Source of the DNA: Candidatus Thermosaccharophagus tengchongensis | GTDB taxonomy: Bacteria > Armatimonadota > Fervidibacteria > Fervidibacterales > Thermosaccharophagaceae | Assembly: GCA_032161105.1 (NCBI GenBank) | Contig: JAVHTD010000023.1 | Reading direction: 5' to 3' (one strand) | DNA length: 14,742 nucleotides | In this document: positions 6,360 to 14,742 of the stretch, piece after piece | Position numbering within the stretch: the first letter of the stretch is position 1 | How the letters are laid out: each line of letters opens with the position of its first letter | The notes under the pieces: model-generated | What the model was told of the DNA's origin: nothing | The model's database searches: none | What the model saw: the letters and a program-made list of their open reading frames with translations, nothing else | Position numbers and translations under genes: made by a program

Positions 6360-7178
6360 GTGCTTGCTAAGCGCATCATACCCTGCCTTGATGTGAAGGA
6401 GGGGCGGGTGGTTAAAGGCGTGCACTTCCTCAACTTGCGCGATGCCGGTGACCCGGTTGAACTTGCCGAGAGGTATGACGCTGAGGGCGCTGACGAGATT
6501 GTCTTCCTTGATATCACGGCGTCAGTTGAAAAGCGCGGCATCATCGTTGATGTTGTCAGGCGCGTCGCCGAGAAGGTGTTCATACCGTTCATCGTTGGTG
6601 GTGGGCTGCGCACAATTGATGACATACGCACAGTGCTCAGTGCAGGTGCTGACAAGGTCTCAATAAACACCGCAGCCGTGCAAAACCCGGAGCTGATTCG
6701 CGAGGCATCCGAGCGTTTTGGGAGCCAGTGCATTGTCGTTGCAATTGACGCAAAGAGACGCAATCGCCCCGATAGACCATTTGAGGGCGATGAGCGCTTT
6801 GAGCCAGCCGAATGGGAAGTTTATACGCACAGTGGCACAGTCCCAACAGGGCTTGATGCCATTGAATGGGCAGTGAGAGCTTATGAGCTTGGTGCTGGTG
6901 AGATATTGCTCACAAGCATGGATGGCGACGGCACTCAACAGGGGTATGACATAGCGCTCACACAGGCTGTGTCAAGGGCGGTTCCAATACCTGTGATTGC
7001 ATCAGGTGGCGCTGGCACCCTTGAGCACATTTACGAGGCGTTGACTGTAGGCGAAGCAGATGCGGCACTTGTGGCATCAGTTGTGCACTATGGGCGCTAC
7101 TCCATAAGGCAAATCAAGTCCTATCTTCGTGAGCGTGGAGTCCCCGTCAGGTGGGTTTACGAGGACGAGACACAGTGA
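6360..7178 (+). CDS. hisF: Imidazole glycerol phosphate synthase cyclase subunit
   Basis: [69 protein letters not shown]. True start is GTG 6360 after RBS AAGGGGG, not 6156. Confidence 0.97.
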   Translation: MLAKRIIPCLDVKEGRVVKGVHFLNLRDAGDPVELAERYDAEGADEIVFLDITASVEKRGIIVDVVRRVAEKVFIPFIVGGGLRTIDDIRTVLSAGADKVSINTAAVQNPELIREASERFGSQCIVVAIDAKRRNRPDRPFEGDERFEPAEWEVYTHSGTVPTGLDAIEWAVRAYELGAGEILLTSMDGDGTQQGYDIALTQAVSRAVPIPVIASGGAGTLEHIYEALTVGEADAALVASVVHYGRYSIRQIKSYLRERGVPVRWVYEDETQ

Positions 7179-7320
7179 GGGCTACTAAGCGATAGAGCGA
7201 TATCAGCACATGCTGATGCATCCAATGCCAACAAGCCAAAAGGTGAAAATGCTGCGCAGGTCACTTCACGCTTGTTATTGAGCGCCCTGCACGGTGCGAA
7301 TACCCCCGGAGGTGAATTTG

Positions 7321-7725
7321 ATGAGTGAAAGGTCGCTGGGGGAGTTTCTTTCGCTCATTCGGTTTGATGAACATGGGCTTGTGCCGGTCGTCGTCCAAGA
7401 TTACGAGACTGGCGAGGTGCTCACGCTTGCCTACATGAACAGGGATGCCATTGTGCGAACTTTGGAGAGCGGCAATATGTGGTATTGGAGGCGCTCGCAT
7501 GGCAGGCTCATGATGAAGGGTGAGCGCTCTGGGAGGGTGCAAGTTGTTAAGGAGGTTCGCTTGGACTGTGACTGTGATGCTTTGCTCATCAAGGTTGAGC
7601 AAGTTGGCGGTGCGGCGTGCCATGAGGGTTACCGAAGTTGTTTCTTCAGGCGGTTGAAATGGGATGGCACAGTTGAAGTGAGCAGCGAAAGGCTGTTTGA
7701 CCCCAAGGAGGTCTATGGTGAGTGA
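7321..7725 (+). CDS. hisI: Phosphoribosyl-AMP cyclohydrolase (monofunctional)
   Basis: [41 protein letters not shown] 7321 after RBS GGAGGTGA. No HisE domain. Confidence 0.96.
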   Translation: MSERSLGEFLSLIRFDEHGLVPVVVQDYETGEVLTLAYMNRDAIVRTLESGNMWYWRRSHGRLMMKGERSGRVQVVKEVRLDCDCDALLIKVEQVGGAACHEGYRSCFFRRLKWDGTVEVSSERLFDPKEVYGE

Positions 7726-10586
7726 ACCCGTTTCGGGATTGCAGTTGGCTATCGGTGGCAACCATTTGCGCATTGCTTTTGATTCCATCAATCGCACCGT
7801 GTGGCGTCATACGCGAGGGCGCAACGGAGCAGAAGCGCGAAGCATTGGAGTTGCTTAAGAAGGGTCTAACGCTTGAAGAGCAAAACAGGCTTGCAGAGGC
7901 AAAGGAAGCATATGAGCGTGCGCTCAAGCTTGACACAAAGCTTGATGACGCCAAATGGCGTTTGGCGCATGTTGAGGGAAAGCTTGGCAACTGGCACTCA
8001 GCTGTAAAGTTACTTGAGGGGTTGGCGAGGCGTCACCCGAAAGATGTGAGGGTGCTGAATGCCCTTTCCGAGGCTCTCCTGCAGTCTGGGCAATCTGAGA
8101 GGGCTGTGTCAGTTGCAACGAAAGCCGTCTCACTTCGCCCAAGAGGATTGAAGGAACGCTTGATGCTCATTGAGGCATTGAGCAGGTGCGGCAAAGTTGA
8201 TGAGGCTGCAAAGCATCTGCGCATCGCCGCTCACATTGCCCCGAAGGATGCGGCTATACATTTCCAACTCGGAAAATACTACTGCCAGCGCTCGCTCCCA
8301 CAGAAAGCGCTATACCATCTTCGGCTTGCAAAGCGGCTTGCGCCAAGTGAGCCAGAGCCGAGGTTGCTTCTGGCGAGGGCTTACTTTGAGCTGAACATGC
8401 TGAATGAGGCTGCCGATGAACTCAAAGGATTGGTTGAGCTCTCGCCCAATGATGTTAAGTTGCTGCATGACTGTGCTCGCCTGCTATTTGATGTCGGCAG
8501 GTTGGAAGAAGCCATCTCACACTACCGCAAGTTGTTGCACATAGCGCCGCATCACGAGGCAGCACGGCGTGAGCTCGTTGACGCATATATGAAGGCTGGC
8601 ATGCATGGGCATGCTCTCCATCACATACGCTTAATGCTGCGCTCAAAGCCCTCAGAAGCAAAGCTCATTGAGGCGCTCGCAGTTTGCTTGCTCAAGCTCG
8701 GAAGGCTGAGGGAAGCCATACCAATCCTGCAGCGCCTTCTTTCCTTGAAGAGCGATGATGCGAGAGTGCATGCGGAGCTTGCCCGCGCATACGCAAAGCT
8801 CGGTCAAGTTGCATTGGCACTTAAGCACTATGATGAGGCGATTGAGTTTGCCATTGGCTCGCCGTCCGGCGTGAGCAGGGATGAGAAGTTGAACCTCATT
8901 TCCGAGGTGGTTGAATTCGCTTTGCGCTTGAATGAGCATGGCAGAATCGTTGGGCTGTGCGAACGGGCTATGCGCTTAGACCCAAGCAATGTGCGTTGGC
9001 GCCTGCTTAAGGCGCGCTCGCTGATTGAGATGGGCAAGCTGAGGAGTGCTGTGATGAGCCTTCGTGCCACCTTGAGGCGGTTCAAGGATTGTGCCGAAGC
9101 TAAAGCTACATTGGGCTTGATACACGCTTGGAGGTTTGAGTGGAAAGATGCCGAGCAGCTTCTGTTGGATGCTTTAAGCCGCATGCCACACGATGCCGAC
9201 ATCGCAGGAGCGCTCTTAACGATTTACATGTGCCAAGGCAGAGAGGGCGATGCGTTGAAGTTGATTGAGCGGTGTTCACATAGCGGCATGGATGAAGTGA
9301 GCACAGCACTGCTCAAGTCAAAGGCTTACGAGATGGCTGGAGATGTGAAGCGTTCGGAGGCGGCGCTGATTGCCACATCGGCATTCAAGCGCGGCGAGCC
9401 GAGGGTGCTCATTCAGCTCGCCAGACTTTATTTGATTGAGGGTTTGTATGAGCCAGCTGTAAGGCATTACAACGGATTGATTGAGCGGGCAGCCAAGCTG
9501 CGCGATGGTTCCCTTGAACTCCAACTCAGGTCGGAGTTGGCCGAGGCGCTTTTACGAGCCGGCAGGTATAGTGAAGCTGCGTCTGAACTGAAACATGCGA
9601 TGATGCTATCGCCGAGCGATTGGACTTTGAGGATGCGCCATGCGAATGTGCTTCTAAGGCTTGGCGAAATAGCGGATGCTTTCGTTGCGGCGGAGAACGC
9701 ACAAAGGGTTTGCAACACAGCTGATGTGCCGATGCGCTTTGCGCGCATGCTCCTTGAGCAAATGAAGGGCAGCATTTATGCATCACTCAGCGCGTGGAGC
9801 GAAGTTTGGGCGAAGACGCCGAACCGCTTTGTCGCCGATGTGGCGATTGAACTCCTGTTAGGCAGAGCCATCCAAAGCGAGCATGTGAGTTTGCTTCAAA
9901 AGGCGCTCCTTGGCACAAGCTACGCAACACCATTGCAGCGCAGGATAGCACTTGAAGTGCTCGCACGGGCATACATGTCGGCTAACATGCACAGCGACGC
10001 GAGGGATGTTTGGATGAGGCTGTGCTTGCTCAAGCCAACCGAGCCCTCATACCTTGCCGGGTTGGCGGAAGCTTGTCATGGCATGGGAGACACCTCTGGC
10101 GCCGATGAAAACTTCAGATTGGCTTTGCGAGCCGATCCGTTTGCACACGGCATCAGGGAGAGATATGTGCGCTTCCTTATGGGCTGCGGCAGGCTAAGCG
10201 AGGCTCAAACGCAATGCCGGATTGCCCTCTCGCTTGGCGCAAAAAGGGAGCGTTTGTATTTGCTCATGATTGAATGCAGCGAGCTTGAGGGCAGTGAGAA
10301 GTTAAGGGAGCTCGTGAAAGTCCTCTCAAAGATGGCTTTCAGGGCACAGGATGATTGTGCATTGGCGATGGCAGTTGCTGAGGGCTACGAAAGGTTGGGG
10401 GAACACAAGCGCGCGTTGCCATACTGGCGAAGGGTTTGCGGACTCACGAAGGCATCGCTGAGAGCTGTTGAACATCTCGCATCGTGCCTTGAGAGGGCTG
10501 GTTGTGATGAGGAGGCGAAGTGGGCGAGGCGTTTCATCATTGCTGAAGAGAGGGCACGCATTGCTCCCGATGAAAAGGGATGGTGA
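7722..10586 (+). CDS. Large tetratricopeptide-repeat protein with an N-terminal signal peptide (954 aa)
   Basis: Hydrophobic N-terminus [19 protein letters not shown]. Many ~34-aa TPR units (e.g. [41 protein letters not shown]). GTGA overlap with the hisI stop. Confidence 0.9.
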   Translation: MNPFRDCSWLSVATICALLLIPSIAPCGVIREGATEQKREALELLKKGLTLEEQNRLAEAKEAYERALKLDTKLDDAKWRLAHVEGKLGNWHSAVKLLEGLARRHPKDVRVLNALSEALLQSGQSERAVSVATKAVSLRPRGLKERLMLIEALSRCGKVDEAAKHLRIAAHIAPKDAAIHFQLGKYYCQRSLPQKALYHLRLAKRLAPSEPEPRLLLARAYFELNMLNEAADELKGLVELSPNDVKLLHDCARLLFDVGRLEEAISHYRKLLHIAPHHEAARRELVDAYMKAGMHGHALHHIRLMLRSKPSEAKLIEALAVCLLKLGRLREAIPILQRLLSLKSDDARVHAELARAYAKLGQVALALKHYDEAIEFAIGSPSGVSRDEKLNLISEVVEFALRLNEHGRIVGLCERAMRLDPSNVRWRLLKARSLIEMGKLRSAVMSLRATLRRFKDCAEAKATLGLIHAWRFEWKDAEQLLLDALSRMPHDADIAGALLTIYMCQGREGDALKLIERCSHSGMDEVSTALLKSKAYEMAGDVKRSEAALIATSAFKRGEPRVLIQLARLYLIEGLYEPAVRHYNGLIERAAKLRDGSLELQLRSELAEALLRAGRYSEAASELKHAMMLSPSDWTLRMRHANVLLRLGEIADAFVAAENAQRVCNTADVPMRFARMLLEQMKGSIYASLSAWSEVWAKTPNRFVADVAIELLLGRAIQSEHVSLLQKALLGTSYATPLQRRIALEVLARAYMSANMHSDARDVWMRLCLLKPTEPSYLAGLAEACHGMGDTSGADENFRLALRADPFAHGIRERYVRFLMGCGRLSEAQTQCRIALSLGAKRERLYLLMIECSELEGSEKLRELVKVLSKMAFRAQDDCALAMAVAEGYERLGEHKRALPYWRRVCGLTKASLRAVEHLASCLERAGCDEEAKWARRFIIAEERARIAPDEKGW

Positions 10587-10592
10587 TATGCG

Positions 10593-11348
10593 ATGTTTCG
10601 TGTGCGCCTCCTCTATGCGCTTCAACAGGTTGATTCTCGCCTCTCAGATGTTGAGCGTGAACTGCAAAGCCTTGATGATGGCTCACGGCTTGAGGCAATG
10701 CTGAATGAGCACTCAGCCGCAATTGAATCGCTCAAGGAGCGCATTAGGGTTGTTCAGAGGGATGTGATGGATTTGGAGCTTGCCTTAAAAGGTGTTGAGG
10801 GAAAGATTGAAGAGCTCAGGAGGAGGGTGCAAAGTGGCGCCATCAGGAATCCGAGGGAGATCGTGCACATAGAAGCCGAGATTCGCGAGCTTGAGAAGCA
10901 GAAGGACGACATTGAAACGAGAGCGCTTAAAGGCTACGATGAGTTGGATGAGCTCAAAGCTAAGTTGAGCGAGGAGGAGGAAAAGCACAGTCGCATGGTT
11001 GAGGAGCTCAATGCTACAAAGCGCCATTACGATGAGAGGCTCTCACAGCTTTTGAGCGAGCGCGAGCATTTGATTGAGAGGAGACGCCAAATTGTAAGCC
11101 AGATAGACAGTGAAGCTCTTGAAAGGTATGAAAGGCTCAGGGAGCGAAAGGGCGGCATCGCAGTTGCAGCCATTGATGGGAACTTGTGCGGTGCATGCAA
11201 AGTGACGCTGACGGGCGGCGCTTTGCGTGAGATTGATAACCCGGAGGCGCTGCCGACTTGTGAAAATTGCGGGCGCATTGTGTGCCTGCCACCGGAGTTC
11301 TGGGAGGAGGGTGAGAGGGAAAATTTGGATTTGCATGGGGAGCGATGA
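10593..11348 (+). CDS. Coiled-coil protein with a C4-type zinc ribbon (DUF164 / CT398-CdsZ / HP0958 / Rv2229c family)
   Basis: N-terminal LYALQQVDSRL, long coiled coil, then YERLRERKGGIAVAAI..CGAC...CENCGRI. Lies directly upstream of RNase HI as in the known conserved cluster. Confidence 0.9.
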   Translation: MFRVRLLYALQQVDSRLSDVERELQSLDDGSRLEAMLNEHSAAIESLKERIRVVQRDVMDLELALKGVEGKIEELRRRVQSGAIRNPREIVHIEAEIRELEKQKDDIETRALKGYDELDELKAKLSEEEEKHSRMVEELNATKRHYDERLSQLLSEREHLIERRRQIVSQIDSEALERYERLRERKGGIAVAAIDGNLCGACKVTLTGGALREIDNPEALPTCENCGRIVCLPPEFWEEGERENLDLHGER

Positions 11349-11354
11349 AAAGCC

Positions 11355-11807
11355 ATGACCGCACGCAAGGTGCCAATTGGTGAGATCAGAATTTATGCCG
11401 ATGGTGCATCAATTGGTAATCCGGGACCAGCCGGTGTTGGGATCGTAGTTGAAGATGGTGACGGAAATGTCATCTTGACGCTGAGCAAGCCGGTTGGCAA
11501 TGTCACAAACAACGCAGCAGAATACATGGCTCTGATAGAGGCTCTCAAGGTGGCTATGCGCTACGATGCAAAGCGCATAATCATCAACTCGGACAGCGAG
11601 CTTGTCGTGAAGCAAGTCAACGGAGATTATGCGGTGCGCTCTTACGAGCTCATTCCGCTGCATGAGACGGTGGAGAAGCTCAGGGCGAAACTGCGTGGGT
11701 GCATCATAAGGAAAATTTCAGCCGCCGAGAATAGGCGAGCGCACAACCTCGCTCAAACTGCAGCCCACAAACTCGCGATGAGCTTGAACCGTGATGAAGT
11801 GCGCTAA
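11355..11807 (+). CDS. rnhA: Ribonuclease HI (short type lacking the basic protrusion)
   Basis: YADGASIGNPGPAGVG (D16), TNNAAEY (E56), SDSELVVKQVNGDY (D80). The C-terminal motif reads NRRAHNLA. Confidence 0.9.
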   Translation: MTARKVPIGEIRIYADGASIGNPGPAGVGIVVEDGDGNVILTLSKPVGNVTNNAAEYMALIEALKVAMRYDAKRIIINSDSELVVKQVNGDYAVRSYELIPLHETVEKLRAKLRGCIIRKISAAENRRAHNLAQTAAHKLAMSLNRDEVR

Positions 11808-11821
11808 CATTCAGTAAGGCG

Positions 11822-11830
11822 TGCTATCAT
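11822..11830 (+). promoter_or_regulatory. Candidate extended -10 promoter for ppdK
   Basis: TG-c-TATCAT about 100 nt upstream of the ppdK start; no recognisable -35. Confidence 0.45.
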
Positions 11831-11927
11831 AAATGCTCTGATGACCTCTCAAGCGTTTTATCTCGCAATCATGGGGCGGCTCTGTGTGAGATTCCAATCC
11901 CAAGCGCCTTAAAGGGGGTAGATTGAA

Positions 11928-14678
11928 GTGGCTAAGGCGAGCGCAGCGAAGAAAACCGCAAGGGCAGCCGTGCGCAAAAAGTATGTTTACGACTTTGAAG
12001 AGGGCAGTGCGTCAATGGGCTTGCTCCTCGGAAACAAGGGTGCTCACCTCGCCGAAATGACGAGGCTCGGATTGCCCGTCCCGCCGGGGTTCATCATCAC
12101 CACCGAGGCAAGCAGGCATTATTTCAAGACCGGTCAATTCCCGCCGGGGCTTGAGCGAGAGATATTGCAGCACCTAAAGGTGCTTGAGAAGAAGATGGGG
12201 CGGAAGTTCGGTGACAAGGACAATCCACTCCTCGTCTCGGTGCGCTCTGGTGCGCCAGTTTCAATGCCGGGGATGATGGACACCATCCTCAACCTCGGTT
12301 TGAATGACGAAACTGTAAAGGGGCTGATAAAGCAATCCGGCGATGAGCGCTTTGCGCTTGATGCATACAGGCGCTTCATACAGATGTTTGGGAGCATCGT
12401 CATGGGCGTTCCGAGGGACAGGTTTGAGGAGATACTCAGCGATGTCAAGCGCAAGTATGGCGTTGAGCATGACCCAGAAATCCCACCAAAGGGGCTTAAG
12501 GAGGTCATACAAAGGTATAAGAAGCTCGTCAAGCAAGTTGCAAAGCGCGAGTTCCCCACCGATCCATATGAGCAATTGATGATGGCTGTCAGGGCGGTCT
12601 TTGATTCGTGGAACAACGAGAGGGCAATCGCCTACAGGAGAATTCACGGCATAAGGCACGACCTTGGGACTGGCGTGAATGTGCAGGCGATGGTGTTCGG
12701 CAACATGGGCTATGACAGTGGCACAGGTGTTGGGTTTACGCGGGATCCGGCAACTGGTGAGAAGCGCCTCTATGCTGAGTATCTGCCTAATGCGCAGGGT
12801 GAGGATGTTGTCGCTGGCATAAGGACGCCAATGGACATCTCACAACTAAAAGCCACCATGCCAGAAGTGTATGCGCAGCTTGAGCAAATGGCGGATTTGC
12901 TTGAGCGGCACTACGGCGATATCCAGGATTTTGAGTTCACGGTTGAGAAGGGCAAGCTATATATGCTTCAGACGCGCAGCGGGAAGCGCACCGGTATGGC
13001 TGCGATACGCATAGCTGTGGATATGGTTCGTGAGGGCTTGATTGATGAGGAGAGGGCAATCATGCTTGTTGACCCGAACCTGCTTGAGCAGCTGTTGCAT
13101 GAGCAATTTGACCCAAAGGCATTGGCTCAAGCTGAAAAGATTGCCGAAGGAATTGCAGCCTCACCGGGGGCAGCTTCGGGGAGGGCTGTGTTTACAGCTG
13201 ACGATGCAATTGAATGGGCTAAGAGGGGGGAGCCGGTTATCCTCGCAAGGCGAATGACATCACCGGATGATGTTGCCGGTATGCATGCTGCAAAGGGAAT
13301 CCTCACATCTGAGGGTGGAAGGACATCACACGCAGCAGTTGTAGCGAGGGGAATGGGTAAGCCATGCGTTGTTGGTTGTAGGGCGGCTTACATTGACTAC
13401 GACAAGAAGCAAATGGTGGTCAACGGAAAAGTCATAAGGGAGGGTGACTTCATCTCCATTGATGGGACATATGGCAAAGTCTACCTCGGCAACATACCGA
13501 CGATGGACTCCGAAATAATAGCGGTTGAGCGCGGGAAGATGAAGCCGCAAGAGAGCCAGCTATACCAATACTACGCGACCTTCATGAAATGGGTGGACAA
13601 GTATCGCAAGCTTGGCGTGCGAGCTAATGCCGACACTCCAGAAGACGCGGAGATTGCCCGCAAGCTCGGCGCGGAGGGCATCGGCTTAGCCAGGACGGAG
13701 CACATGTTCTTTGCCGAAGATAGGCTGCCGCACTTCCAAAGGATGATACTCGCCGACAACCCGAAGGAGCGCGCTGAGGCAGCGAGCAAGATACTTCCGA
13801 TGCAGCGCAAAGATTTCTACGGGTTGCTAAAGGCGATGGACGGGCTACCTGTGATCATAAGGTTGCTTGATCCGCCGCTGCATGAGTTTCTGCCGCACAC
13901 CGATGAGGAAATCAGGGAGCTCGCTGAGCGCTTCGGGATGAACCCGGAGGAGGTAAAGGCGAAGGTTGAGAGGCTCAGGGAGAACAACCCGATGCTCGGG
14001 CACAGGGGTTGTAGGCTCGGGATAACCTTCCCCGAGATTTACAGGATGCAAGTCAGGGCAATATTTGAAGCGGCGTGCGACCTTAAGAAGCAGGGCTACA
14101 ATCCGAAGCCGGAGGTCATGATACCGCTTGTATCGCATGTGAATGAGCTCATCATAACGCGCAACGATGTCGTTGAAGTCGCCGAAGAGGTCATGAAGAG
14201 AAAGGGCGTGAGGGTTGACTACCTCGTTGGGACAATGATTGAAGTCCCGAGGGCTGCCCTGACGGCTGACAAGATAGCGACAGTTGCTGACTTCTTCTCC
14301 TATGGCACGAATGACCTCACGCAGACTGTGTTCGGGTTCTCAAGGGATGATGTTGAAGCCAAGTTCATGGCTCACTACCTTGAGCAAATACCGGGCAAGG
14401 ATGGGACACCGATATTCTTGGCTAACCCATTTGAGGTGCTTGATCAGGAGGGAGTTGGCGAGTTGATAAGGATTGGCGTTGAGCGCGGCAGGGCTGCAAA
14501 CCCAAAACTTGAGATCGGGATATGCGGTGAGCACGGTGGTGAGCCGCTCTCCGTGATGTTCTGCCACGATGCCGGTTTGGACTATGTCAGCTGCTCGCCA
14601 TTCCGCATACCGGTTGCGAGGCTTGCCGCAGCGCAAGCTGCAATCAGGGAGAAGCGGAGAAGGCAAGCCAAGGAGTAA
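11928..14678 (+). CDS. ppdK: Pyruvate, phosphate dikinase
   Basis: LLGNKGAHLAEM, PLLVSVRSGAPVSMPGMMDT, NAQGEDVVAGIRTP, GGRTSHAAVVARG (phospho-His), GIGLARTEHMF, NPMLGHRGCR, FFSYGTNDLTQ, GICGEHGG. RBS AAAGGGGG before GTG. Confidence 0.98.
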   Translation: MAKASAAKKTARAAVRKKYVYDFEEGSASMGLLLGNKGAHLAEMTRLGLPVPPGFIITTEASRHYFKTGQFPPGLEREILQHLKVLEKKMGRKFGDKDNPLLVSVRSGAPVSMPGMMDTILNLGLNDETVKGLIKQSGDERFALDAYRRFIQMFGSIVMGVPRDRFEEILSDVKRKYGVEHDPEIPPKGLKEVIQRYKKLVKQVAKREFPTDPYEQLMMAVRAVFDSWNNERAIAYRRIHGIRHDLGTGVNVQAMVFGNMGYDSGTGVGFTRDPATGEKRLYAEYLPNAQGEDVVAGIRTPMDISQLKATMPEVYAQLEQMADLLERHYGDIQDFEFTVEKGKLYMLQTRSGKRTGMAAIRIAVDMVREGLIDEERAIMLVDPNLLEQLLHEQFDPKALAQAEKIAEGIAASPGAASGRAVFTADDAIEWAKRGEPVILARRMTSPDDVAGMHAAKGILTSEGGRTSHAAVVARGMGKPCVVGCRAAYIDYDKKQMVVNGKVIREGDFISIDGTYGKVYLGNIPTMDSEIIAVERGKMKPQESQLYQYYATFMKWVDKYRKLGVRANADTPEDAEIARKLGAEGIGLARTEHMFFAEDRLPHFQRMILADNPKERAEAASKILPMQRKDFYGLLKAMDGLPVIIRLLDPPLHEFLPHTDEEIRELAERFGMNPEEVKAKVERLRENNPMLGHRGCRLGITFPEIYRMQVRAIFEAACDLKKQGYNPKPEVMIPLVSHVNELIITRNDVVEVAEEVMKRKGVRVDYLVGTMIEVPRAALTADKIATVADFFSYGTNDLTQTVFGFSRDDVEAKFMAHYLEQIPGKDGTPIFLANPFEVLDQEGVGELIRIGVERGRAANPKLEIGICGEHGGEPLSVMFCHDAGLDYVSCSPFRIPVARLAAAQAAIREKRRRQAKE

Positions 14679-14708
14679 GCGATGCCTCACATTGACGCAG
14701 ATTAATTT

Positions 14709-14738
14709 GGCGTTGTGCCCGCAGGCGGGCCCCACGCC
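14709..14738. terminator. GC-rich hairpin downstream of ppdK
   Basis: GGCGT..GCCCGC-AG-GCGGGC..ACGCC. The window ends 4 nt later, so any U-tract cannot be judged. Confidence 0.4.
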
Positions 14739-14742
14739 CAGT

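Noticed and set aside
11808..11927. RNase P RNA (rnpB), which often follows the zinc-ribbon/rnhA pair
   Set aside because: The gap is only 120 bp and lacks the GAGGAAAGTCC motif.
300..14735. Remaining short ORFs in the track (e.g. 300-503, 1361-1849, 1862-2305, 3275-3658, 7261-7797, 12134-12616, 14340-14735)
   Set aside because: Antisense or off-frame shadows of well-supported genes, with no recognisable motifs.
1..14742. CRISPR array, tRNA/rRNA, transposase or integrase
   Set aside because: No regularly spaced repeats, cloverleaf or rRNA signatures, or recombinase motifs were seen.

Overview
Bacterial chromosomal window, probably from a thermophile. The taxonomy is only an inference: AGG/ATA/GAG-rich codon usage and the gene content resemble Armatimonadota/Fervidibacteria. 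The right two-thirds is mostly housekeeping on the + strand: a lipoprotein, an archaeal-type nicotinate phosphoribosyltransferase (pncB), hisF, hisI, a 954-aa secreted TPR protein, a C4 zinc-ribbon coiled-coil protein, RNase HI and ppdK. The left end holds three minus-strand accessory genes: an alpha/beta-hydrolase cut by the window edge (missing from the ORF track), a small helical hypothetical protein, and a Tat-exported metallophosphoesterase with a large unknown C-terminal region. The most notable observations are: (i) a collapsed restriction-modification relic between pncB and hisF, in which a frameshifted putative endonuclease N-terminus is fused by deletion to the middle of a beta-class DNA methyltransferase; (ii) apparent absence of GTAC, CTAG and ACGT across the window; (iii) an RNase HI with His in place of the fourth catalytic Asp; (iv) a possible switchable RNA structure in the 3300-3550 divergent intergenic region. 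I see no CRISPR array, tRNA/rRNA or intact mobile element, and no complete novel multi-gene system that I can support.
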